Source: an uncultured Bacilli bacterium
Lineage (GTDB): Bacteria > Bacillota_I > Bacilli_A > RF39 > UBA660
Direction: 5' to 3'
Length of the DNA: 64,000 nucleotides
NCBI GenBank assembly: GCA_934130045.1
Contig: CAKOXI010000001.1
Span: 14,900 to 78,899 of the forward strand
In this document: in pieces, positions 28,922 through 36,510 of the stretch
Layout: the number at the start of each line of letters is the position of its first letter
Position numbering within the stretch: position 1 is the first letter of the stretch
Notes under the pieces: model-generated
Seen by the model: the letters and a program-made list of their open reading frames with translations, nothing else
What the model was told of the DNA's origin: nothing
Database searches by the model: none
Program-made: the position numbers and the translations under genes

Positions 28922-29319
28922 AGGAATCACTTTGGAGTATATTTATTGTTGGGGTTGGAGTTACAATGATATTCTTTATATATTTTTTTCAATCTTTAAC
29001 TAATACAGATGAACAAAATTATGCAATGTTAAAAGAAACTGTTGAAGCTTCAATGTATGATTCCTTTGATCTTGCATCATATCATGCAAGTGGGGTATAT
29101 AGAATTGATGCTGAAAAGTTTGTCGAAAGTTTTTACAGGAGATTTGCTGAAAATGCAAATTTGGCTAGAACTTATGAAATAAAAATAATGGACATCAATG
29201 AGACTCCACCTAAAGTAAGTGTAAAGGTTTCTTCCAGTCAAAGCAGTAGCTTTACTGGTGAAATAATAAATTTTGATATTTCTAATACTATTGATGCAAT
29301 ATTAGAAACGCCATATTAA
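28918..29319 (+). CDS. Small N-terminally anchored membrane protein (pilin- or pseudopilin-like topology)
   Basis: Its ATG overlaps the stop of the giant upstream gene (ATGA). An N-terminal TM (IFIVGVGVTMIFFIYFF) is followed by a ~100-aa domain. Confidence 0.4.
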   Translation: MKESLWSIFIVGVGVTMIFFIYFFQSLTNTDEQNYAMLKETVEASMYDSFDLASYHASGVYRIDAEKFVESFYRRFAENANLARTYEIKIMDINETPPKVSVKVSSSQSSSFTGEIINFDISNTIDAILETPY

Positions 29320-29336
29320 AAAGAAGGAGAGAAAAT

Positions 29337-30152
29337 ATGAATAATGTAATTATTTCAGTAAAAAAATTTTTTACAAATAAGAATACTGTAACAATTCTTG
29401 GTGTAATTGTAATTATTTTAATTATTTATTTTGGTTACAATTCACAAATTAAAAAAGCAACTAACCCTATACAGGTTCCAGTTGCAAGTAAAACAATACA
29501 ACCTAGAACATTAATTACTGATGATATGATAAAATTAACAAGTATACCATCTGTATCAGTATCTACTAATGTAATACGTAGTAAGGCAAGTGTTGTTGGA
29601 AAATATACTGCTGTTAATACTGTAATACCAAGTGGTAGTATGTTTTATCAAGAAGCAGTTGTCAGTAAAAGACCTGATGCTGTTTTTGAAAATGTCAATG
29701 ATGGAGAAGTTTTATATAATTTTCCAGTTACTATGGCTTCAACTTATGGTAATTTGATTTTGCCTGGTAGTTATATTGATATTTATATGAAGGCTGTTAA
29801 TGGAACAAATGGATTAATGGTTGGCAAATTATTAGAAAATGTTAAAGTCTTAGCTGTTAAGGATAGTAGTGGTAATGATGTTTTTGAAGATACTTCAACA
29901 AATAGAACTCCTGCTTATATCTATTTTGGTGTAACAGAAGATATTAATATTTTATTACGTAAGGCTCAATATATGACAAGTAATTCTGTTGTGTTATTCC
30001 CTGTTCCACATGGTACAATTGTATCTGATGAGGATTTAGTAACTGAAGTTAGTACTCAGTATTTAAGAGATTTTATTAATGCTAATACAATTGTTATTGA
30101 TTCTACAAAAACTGATAATGTATCTAATACTACTACAAATGGTGAACAATAA
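29337..30152 (+). CDS. CpaB/RcpC-like pilus assembly protein (N-terminal TM plus SAF domain)
   Basis: An N-terminal TM is followed by a SAF-like segment (IQPRTLITDDMIKLTSIP...ASVVGKYTAVNTVIPSGSMF), matching the architecture of Flp-pilus CpaB. Confidence 0.5.
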   Translation: MNNVIISVKKFFTNKNTVTILGVIVIILIIYFGYNSQIKKATNPIQVPVASKTIQPRTLITDDMIKLTSIPSVSVSTNVIRSKASVVGKYTAVNTVIPSGSMFYQEAVVSKRPDAVFENVNDGEVLYNFPVTMASTYGNLILPGSYIDIYMKAVNGTNGLMVGKLLENVKVLAVKDSSGNDVFEDTSTNRTPAYIYFGVTEDINILLRKAQYMTSNSVVLFPVPHGTIVSDEDLVTEVSTQYLRDFINANTIVIDSTKTDNVSNTTTNGEQ

Positions 30153-31297
30153 TGAATGATAATATGTTTCAATCAATCGACTTTGGACCTTTAAAGGAGT
30201 ATCTTGATACTGATGATATCACCGATATTTCTTATAGTAATGGTGGACAAGTATGGTTGAAAACATTGTCAAGAGGAAATTATAGGGTAGAAAATCCTGC
30301 TATAAATAATCAGTTTATGGAAAAACTAGCATTTCAGTGTTCAAATGTTATGGGTAAAACATTTAATATGGCTCATCCGTTTTTGGATGCTGAAAGTGCT
30401 GAGTTACGTCTTAATTTTGTTCATGAATCTATTGCTAGAAATGGTATAGCTGTCGTAGTTCGTAAAACTCCAGCTAAAATTAGGCTTGAAAAAGAAAAAA
30501 TATTAAGAGAAAATTATATTACTCTTGATATACATAATTTTTTAGAATACTGTGTTTTAGGTCATTGCAACATAATTGTTTGTGGTGAAACTGGTTCTGG
30601 TAAAACTGAATTTGTTAAATATCTTGCTTCAAAAATTCGTGAAAATGAAAAGATAATAACAATTGAGGATACATTGGAACTTCACCTTGATAGAATATTT
30701 CCACATCGTGATATTGTTGCGATGAAAACGAATAATATTGCTTCATATACTGATGTATTGGTAACATGTATGCGCCAAAATCCTAAATGGATTTTATTAT
30801 CAGAGGTACGTAGTGCTGAAGCTGTTTTGGCGGTTCGTAACTCAATATCTTCAGGACACTATATTTTATCTACTATTCATGCTGATAAAGCTGCTTCAAT
30901 ACCAAGCCGTATGTATAGTTTGCTTGAGACTAATCAAGATATTGATCAATTTTTAAAGTCTATTCATAGATATGTTCAAATTGGTGTATATATACGTGGT
31001 TATCAAGATAAGAAAACAGGGCATTTTATTCGTGAAATAGCTGAAGTAACTGAATTTTATGTATCAAAAGATAATAAAGCTGAGTCAAATACAATTTATA
31101 GAAAAACTCCTGAGGGAAGTGTACATCGTAATAATCCAAGTCCATATTTAATTGATTATTTAGAGGCACAGGGAGTAATTTTACCTAAAGATATTATTGA
31201 TGTTGATAAAAATCAAAATGTAGTAGTTAATAATGATAATTTAAAAAACATTACAAATGAAAATAATACAGAAAATATAGAAGTTTTATTTGAATAG
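30152..31297 (+). CDS. TadA/CpaF-family secretion ATPase (VirB11/GspE superfamily)
   Basis: The product has Walker A IIVCGETGSGKTEF, an Asp box/Walker B IITIEDTLEL and a His box LSTIHAD. It is coupled to upstream and downstream genes. Confidence 0.75.
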   Translation: MNDNMFQSIDFGPLKEYLDTDDITDISYSNGGQVWLKTLSRGNYRVENPAINNQFMEKLAFQCSNVMGKTFNMAHPFLDAESAELRLNFVHESIARNGIAVVVRKTPAKIRLEKEKILRENYITLDIHNFLEYCVLGHCNIIVCGETGSGKTEFVKYLASKIRENEKIITIEDTLELHLDRIFPHRDIVAMKTNNIASYTDVLVTCMRQNPKWILLSEVRSAEAVLAVRNSISSGHYILSTIHADKAASIPSRMYSLLETNQDIDQFLKSIHRYVQIGVYIRGYQDKKTGHFIREIAEVTEFYVSKDNKAESNTIYRKTPEGSVHRNNPSPYLIDYLEAQGVILPKDIIDVDKNQNVVVNNDNLKNITNENNTENIEVLFE

Positions 31298-31308
31298 GAG
31301 GAGTTTGC

Positions 31309-32211
31309 ATGAATTTTCTAATGTTAATAATTATATCAGCTATTATAATATTTATTACTGTATACCGTAGAAATATTGGAACTGATGTTTATAAATTTTT
31401 TACAAATAAAGCTGGTTTAATTTATGATAAATTTGCCCCATATTCTTTTAAAATTATAAGAGAAAAGGTAAAAGATTTAGGTCAGGAATATACTCCAAGA
31501 CAATATGCAATTCAAATAGTTACTTTTGCAGTTTTTGGCTTTATGGTTTCATATATGTATTTTTACAGTATAATTATTTCTATTATGTATGCGTTAATAG
31601 CAATTGCTGTAATACCATATTTAACATACTTGCGTTGTAAAAGAGTATATAGTGAATTTATTTTTGAACAAATTCAGGTTTATACTACAAATACTATTAT
31701 GGAGTTTGCTACTACTCAATCCTTTGTTAAAGCTTTGGAAGGAGTAGTACAGTCAGGTGTACTTGAAGATCCTGTTAAGTCTGATGTTGAGTTGATGATC
31801 AGTATGGCCTATGAAAATGGTACAATTGAACAATCCTTAGTATATATGAATGAAAAATATGATTATTATGTTGTAAAAAATATGCATCAGTTGTTTTTAC
31901 AAATAACTAATGAAGGTAGTAAAGATTCTAGTGAAGCATTAGAGAATATGTCTCTTGATATAGATATGCTTGTAGAGGGAGTATATCGTGATAGGATGGA
32001 TCGTGCTAATTTCCATAAAAAATTTTTACAATTTGGTATAATTTTATATTTATTAGTTATGTTAGTTCAGTTTATGCTTGGAGTTGATTCCTATATTTCA
32101 TTATTAAGTAATTGGATGGTACAAGCAATACTTCATTTGATAATAGTTATTAATTCTTTATTTTTACTAAATGGAGAAAAATATTATAATGAGAATGTGG
32201 GTGGTGAATAA
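31309..32211 (+). CDS. TadB-like inner-membrane platform protein (T2SSF-type)
   Basis: It has an N-terminal TM plus two C-terminal TMs. The cytoplasmic segment carries T2SSF-like LEGVVQSGVL and GTIEQSLVYMNEKY elements. Confidence 0.5.
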   Translation: MNFLMLIIISAIIIFITVYRRNIGTDVYKFFTNKAGLIYDKFAPYSFKIIREKVKDLGQEYTPRQYAIQIVTFAVFGFMVSYMYFYSIIISIMYALIAIAVIPYLTYLRCKRVYSEFIFEQIQVYTTNTIMEFATTQSFVKALEGVVQSGVLEDPVKSDVELMISMAYENGTIEQSLVYMNEKYDYYVVKNMHQLFLQITNEGSKDSSEALENMSLDIDMLVEGVYRDRMDRANFHKKFLQFGIILYLLVMLVQFMLGVDSYISLLSNWMVQAILHLIIVINSLFLLNGEKYYNENVGGE

Positions 32212-32993
32212 TGAATTTTATAATAATTGCGGTAATTATTTTGTTTATATTAGAATATAACAAACAAATTGATACAAAAAAATTTATTAATGACATTGAC
32301 CCTTATTTTCGATTTTTAATGGAAGATGATTATAAATTTTTGTTAACCGTTAAATATGGTAATGATGTTGATTTGGACAAAATGTTTTCAAAAAGAATCA
32401 GAGATGGATTGGTAGTAATTGTTTTTATAATATTTTTGTTTTTATATAAATTAAATTTTTTATATGTTATTTTTTCCATAGTTGTTGGTTTTTTAGCATT
32501 CAAATTACCATACAATCAGTTAAAAAATTTTTATAAAAAAAATTTGTATAAAATTAATTTGATGTTACCTTATTATTTAAAAGGATTAGAAATTTTAATT
32601 CAACATTATACTGTTCCTGTTGCTTTGAGTCGTTCAGTGGAAACAGCTCCAGAAATTTTTCAACCTGGTTTACAAAGACTTGTAGCAAGAATTGAAGAAG
32701 GTGATTCATCTGTTGATCCATATATGGATTTTGCAAAAGAATATCCTGTTAGAGATTCGATGAGAATGATGAGACTATTATATCGTTTAGGACTTGGTAG
32801 TCAGGAAAATAAGCAAGAACAGTTAATAATGTTTTCTAAAACAGTTTCTACGTTACAAAATAAGTCTCGTGAACAAAAATATAAGGATCGTTTGGATCAT
32901 ATGGAAAATAAAACAATGCAGATGTTATTTGCAACAGGTGGTGGAATACTACTTTTGATGTTATTTGCAATGATGATGATGATGAAATTTTAG
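32211..32993 (+). CDS. TadC-like inner-membrane platform protein (T2SSF-type)
   Basis: Its start overlaps the TadB-like stop. The topology is TMs, a cytoplasmic helical domain (LQRLVARIEEGDS) and C-terminal TMs. It ends in an (ATG)5 repeat encoding MMMMM. Confidence 0.45.
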   Translation: MNFIIIAVIILFILEYNKQIDTKKFINDIDPYFRFLMEDDYKFLLTVKYGNDVDLDKMFSKRIRDGLVVIVFIIFLFLYKLNFLYVIFSIVVGFLAFKLPYNQLKNFYKKNLYKINLMLPYYLKGLEILIQHYTVPVALSRSVETAPEIFQPGLQRLVARIEEGDSSVDPYMDFAKEYPVRDSMRMMRLLYRLGLGSQENKQEQLIMFSKTVSTLQNKSREQKYKDRLDHMENKTMQMLFATGGGILLLMLFAMMMMMKF

Positions 32994-33066
32994 AGGAATT
33001 TGTTTATTTTATTTAGTTTATGATATAATATATACGTAATTAATTTTAAGTAAAGGTGGTGAGATA

Positions 33067-33285
33067 ATGAAAGAAGCTGCAAGTGAGGCAAATTTAACTG
33101 TTATTGCTATTGTATTAATAGGTGTTGTAGCTGCAGTAGTAACTCCACTTATTAGCGGGTTATTAAATGGCCAAGCAAAAAGATCATGTTGTAATTCTTT
33201 AGGTGGAGTTTATAGTGGTGGAAAATGTGAAGGTGTTGAAGAAGCCGAACTAAATACATGTATGGAAGGTCAAAAGAACGAATAA
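33067..33285 (+). CDS. Small (72 aa) Flp-pilin-sized membrane protein; candidate major pilin
   Basis: The product begins MKEAASEANLTVIAIVLIGVVAAVV, i.e. a short charged leader then a hydrophobic helix. Its position after tadC matches the flp position in Tad loci. A canonical G/XXXXEY motif is not evident. The tail has Cys pairs (SCCNS, GKCEG, NTCMEG). Confidence 0.35.
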   Translation: MKEAASEANLTVIAIVLIGVVAAVVTPLISGLLNGQAKRSCCNSLGGVYSGGKCEGVEEAELNTCMEGQKNE

Positions 33286-33308
33286 TATTTATTTGAAGGG
33301 AGTAACTT

Positions 33309-34028
33309 ATGAGGGAAGGTATTGGAAGTGTAGCATTATATAATATAATTATAGTATTTATTTTTGTAACTTTTTCTGTTTTAGCTGGAACCATGAGTTA
33401 CTCTAAAGCCTTTAAAACAAATAATAGAATTATAAATGCTATTGAAAAATATGAAGGATATAATGTTAATTCAAGCAACGAAATTGATGAAATCTTAGGT
33501 AATATTGGGTATAGATTAAGTGCATCAAAAAAATGTTCTAAAAAAAGAGGTTATGAAGCATTGAGTACTTTAAATAGTTCATATGATTTTTGTGTTTATG
33601 AAATACCAGAAGAAACACGTGAATGGAATGGTAGATATAGTACATATGGTGTTATTACCTATATCTATTTAGATATGCCAGTAGTTGGTGATTTTTTCAA
33701 AATACCTGTATATGGTCAAAGTAAACCAGTGTTTAGTTTTAATGCTAAAAATGCTCCATCGAGAGATGATTTGACTGTTACATATGATGTTGAGGTTGAG
33801 CCTGAATATTTGGCAAATCGTACTGATTGTTATATTATCTTTTCAAGAAGTAATCTACCTAAAACCTTTGATGATGTTTTTAATGTTATAAAAAGATTTT
33901 CTGATGGGGAAAGTGTTTCGGCTTTATTTAGCATTGAGGGCTTTAATATAAATGTATCTAATGGAAGATTAAATATAAGAGCCGATGGAGAATTAATTGA
34001 GTCTTTTTCGTACTGTATGATTGATTAA
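33309..34028 (+). CDS. TadE-like pseudopilin (N-terminal TM)
   Basis: An N-terminal hydrophobic segment (ALYNIIIVFIFVTFSVLAGTMSYSKAF) is followed by a domain paralogous to the next gene (YDFCVYEIPE...YGVITYIYLDMPVVG). Confidence 0.45.
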   Translation: MREGIGSVALYNIIIVFIFVTFSVLAGTMSYSKAFKTNNRIINAIEKYEGYNVNSSNEIDEILGNIGYRLSASKKCSKKRGYEALSTLNSSYDFCVYEIPEETREWNGRYSTYGVITYIYLDMPVVGDFFKIPVYGQSKPVFSFNAKNAPSRDDLTVTYDVEVEPEYLANRTDCYIIFSRSNLPKTFDDVFNVIKRFSDGESVSALFSIEGFNINVSNGRLNIRADGELIESFSYCMID

Positions 34029-34058
34029 TTTTATATTTTTAGTGATTGAGGTGATTAG

Positions 34059-34541
34059 ATGAAAGAGTCATTGGGTAATGCATTTGTTTTTGGATTTTTT
34101 ACAATTTTTGCTTTTTTAACTTTGTTTATTTTAATTACTGCAATCAATTATTCTAGGGCAGTAAAGATAAAAGATAGATTATTAACTTATGTTCAGTCAT
34201 ATGCTGAAAATCATGCTAATGTTGATAGTGATGGTGCTGTAGAAATTATAAATTTTGATGATCCTGAATTTAGGGATATGATTGATCATGAACTATCTGT
34301 TTTAGGATATAGAAGAAATGTTAATGTAACTAATACGACAGAATGTCCAAATCGTGAAGGGGCAATTATTGCAAATACTAGTAGTACTTATAAATACTGT
34401 ATTTATGCAAGGGAAACAAGCAGAGGATACTATTATGGGGTGATGACTTATATGTATTTTGATATACCTATAATTGGTACTACTTTAGAATTTCCAATAT
34501 ATGGTGAATCTAAAATAATTTATAATTTAGGTGATAAATAG
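34059..34541 (+). CDS. TadE/TadF-like pseudopilin, paralog of the preceding gene
   Basis: The product begins FVFGFFTIFAFLTLFILITAINYSRAV and contains YKYCIYARE...YGVMTYMYFDIPIIG. Confidence 0.45.
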   Translation: MKESLGNAFVFGFFTIFAFLTLFILITAINYSRAVKIKDRLLTYVQSYAENHANVDSDGAVEIINFDDPEFRDMIDHELSVLGYRRNVNVTNTTECPNREGAIIANTSSTYKYCIYARETSRGYYYGVMTYMYFDIPIIGTTLEFPIYGESKIIYNLGDK

Positions 34542-34553
34542 GAAGGTGTTAAA

Positions 34554-35564
34554 ATGAATGTAATTATTACTAATAAATATGCATCAATGTTGCAAGGACT
34601 TGATATAGATATTATCAAATCTTTAAATGGGGAATTTGATGCGGAAGAAATAATATCTACTTTTCAAAATTTTTATTTTCAAAGAATGATATTGGATATT
34701 ACTGCAATAAAAAATTATAGAGATATTAGGAATTTACAAAAACTTTCTATTGCCTTAGATATGGAAAAAGTAATTTTATTACTTGATGATTCTATTGAAA
34801 GTTCTTCAACAGAATATTTATCTAAGTTAATTTCGATGGGAATTTATAATTTTACTAAAAATGCTGAAGGAATTATGTATTTATATAATAATCCTAATTC
34901 ATATAGAGATGTTGCTCATATTCATCAACTTGAAATCGAAAAGGATGAAAAAGTTTCTGATGATTCTGGGGATACTTATGTGCGTGGTCGTGGAACTACT
35001 ATAATTGGTATAAAAAATATGACTAAGCATGCTGGAGCAACAAGTTTGATATATATGATGAAAAAGCAATTGTCTAAAAATTATTCTGTAATTGCAATTG
35101 AAGTTGATAAACGTGATTTCATGTATTATGGTGATAAGGAAATGGTTAATACTACAAGTGTTGAGGTTGGTAATACTATTGCTAAATATAGTGATAGAGA
35201 TATAGCACTTGTTGATATAAATGACAGTAAACAAGCTGAAAGTATTTGTAATACAGTAATTTGTTTATTAGAACCATCTATTATTAAACTTAATAAATTA
35301 ATGATGTTAGATAGACATGCTTTTTCTAAACTAAAAGGAAAAGATGAAAAATATAAAATAGTTTTAAATAAGAGTTTATTAAGTTCTAAGGATGTATTAG
35401 AATTTGCCTATGAGGCAAAAACAAAAGTTGTTTATAATTTGCCACCACTTGATGATCGTGAAAGAAATATTCATGCATTGAATGGATTTTTAATTAAACT
35501 TGGATTTGAAGTGGAAGAAGATTTTGAAGAACAAAAAAAGAATAAAATATTAGGACTTTTTTAA
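34554..35564 (+). CDS. Possible TadZ/CpaE-like (ParA/MinD-fold) protein with a degenerate P-loop
   Basis: Its position after the pseudopilins is suggestive. The segment GRGTTIIGIKNMTKHAGATSLIYMMKKQL resembles a deviant Walker A in which the GKGGxGKT consensus has been lost. Confidence 0.3.
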   Translation: MNVIITNKYASMLQGLDIDIIKSLNGEFDAEEIISTFQNFYFQRMILDITAIKNYRDIRNLQKLSIALDMEKVILLLDDSIESSSTEYLSKLISMGIYNFTKNAEGIMYLYNNPNSYRDVAHIHQLEIEKDEKVSDDSGDTYVRGRGTTIIGIKNMTKHAGATSLIYMMKKQLSKNYSVIAIEVDKRDFMYYGDKEMVNTTSVEVGNTIAKYSDRDIALVDINDSKQAESICNTVICLLEPSIIKLNKLMMLDRHAFSKLKGKDEKYKIVLNKSLLSSKDVLEFAYEAKTKVVYNLPPLDDRERNIHALNGFLIKLGFEVEEDFEEQKKNKILGLF

Positions 35565-35659
35565 AAAAATGATATAAATTGTAAATAAACCGTTTGTTTT
35601 ATTGATATTTGTTGACTTTTGTAGTATTTTATTGTATTATTTTTTTAGGAGGAATTATT

Positions 35660-36004
35660 ATGATGAATTTATTTAATGTATTGGCATCTTGTGCTGGTGG
35701 TACAATTTCTTTTGATGCTGTTTTACCATCAACAATTAGTGCGATTGTTAATATTTTAAAAATTGCTATTCCAATTATGGTTATTATATTTGGACTTATT
35801 GATTTGGGAAAAGCAGTTATGGCTCAAAAAGAAGATGATATTAAGAAAAATCAAGGATTACTTATCAAAAGAGTTATAGTTGCAGTATTTGTTTTCTTTG
35901 TTGTTGCAATTGTTCAATTTGTTATTGGAATTGTTGGTGGATCTGATAGTGAAAATATTACATCTTGTATTAATTGTTTTATCAATAATGATTGTGGCAA
36001 TTAG
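35660..36004 (+). CDS. Small two-TM hairpin membrane protein, family member 1 of 5 (KAVMAQKEDDIKK loop); VirB2/TrbC-like topology
   Basis: Its start is MMNLF after the RBS TAGGAGG. The product reads TM1 (IPIMVIIFGLIDLGKAV), a polar loop, TM2 (VIVAVFVFFVVAIVQFV) and a Cys-containing tail CINCFINNDCGN. Confidence 0.5.
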   Translation: MMNLFNVLASCAGGTISFDAVLPSTISAIVNILKIAIPIMVIIFGLIDLGKAVMAQKEDDIKKNQGLLIKRVIVAVFVFFVVAIVQFVIGIVGGSDSENITSCINCFINNDCGN

Positions 36005-36014
36005 TATAAATTAT

Positions 36015-36037
36015 AGAAGCAATTTGCTTCTTTTTTC
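36015..36037 (+). terminator. Rho-independent terminator
   Basis: A hairpin agaagcaa-tt-tgcttct is followed by T6. Confidence 0.55.
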
Positions 36038-36058
36038 TTTTTATAAATTATTGTTGTA

Positions 36059-36087
36059 TTGTTAAAAATTTATATATATGTTATAAT
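36059..36087 (+). promoter_or_regulatory. Sigma-A-type promoter with an extended -10, upstream of the small-pilin-like gene and the T4SS genes
   Basis: The -35 TTGTTA (36059-36064) is 17 nt from a TG-n-TATAAT (36079-36087). Confidence 0.45.
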
Positions 36088-36128
36088 TTATCTATGGATA
36101 TGTATGAATATAAAAATGGAGGATTTTT

Positions 36129-36476
36129 ATGGAAAAAATAAAAAAAGTTTTATTTATTTGTTGTTTTTTTAGTATTTTATTTATTCCTACAGTCTTTGCA
36201 GAAAGCTGTAAGGAATTATTAGGTACTAATGCAGCTCGAATGATCAAGGATTTTTATTATATGGTTGGATATGTTGTTGCTGCGGTAGCAGTAATATTAG
36301 GAATACTTGATTTTTTTAAAGTATTTACTGGCGGAGATAAAAGTGAATTAAAGGGCGTTGCACAAAAATTTGCAAAGAGAATTATAGCACTTGCTATATT
36401 CTTGATGTTACCAGGTTTAGTTGAATGGATTTTAGAAATTGCTGGAATAACTAACCATGGAGGAACTTGTTTATAA
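36129..36476 (+). CDS. Small secreted two-TM membrane protein, divergent member of the same hairpin family
   Basis: The product has a signal peptide (FIPTVFAES) and two hydrophobic helices (VVAAVAVILGILDFFKVF, IIALAIFLMLPGLVEWI) around a polar loop, and ends GGTCL. Confidence 0.45.
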   Translation: MEKIKKVLFICCFFSILFIPTVFAESCKELLGTNAARMIKDFYYMVGYVVAAVAVILGILDFFKVFTGGDKSELKGVAQKFAKRIIALAIFLMLPGLVEWILEIAGITNHGGTCL

Positions 36477-36510
36477 ATTGTTTGTATAATTATTGCGGGG
36501 AAGTGATTGA

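Noticed and set aside
30152-31297. Assigning the secretion ATPase to the T4SS as VirB11 rather than to the Tad module
   Set aside because: It is translationally coupled to CpaB-like upstream and TadB/TadC-like platform genes downstream. Gram-positive conjugative T4SSs typically lack VirB11. The superfamily is shared, so this call remains provisional.
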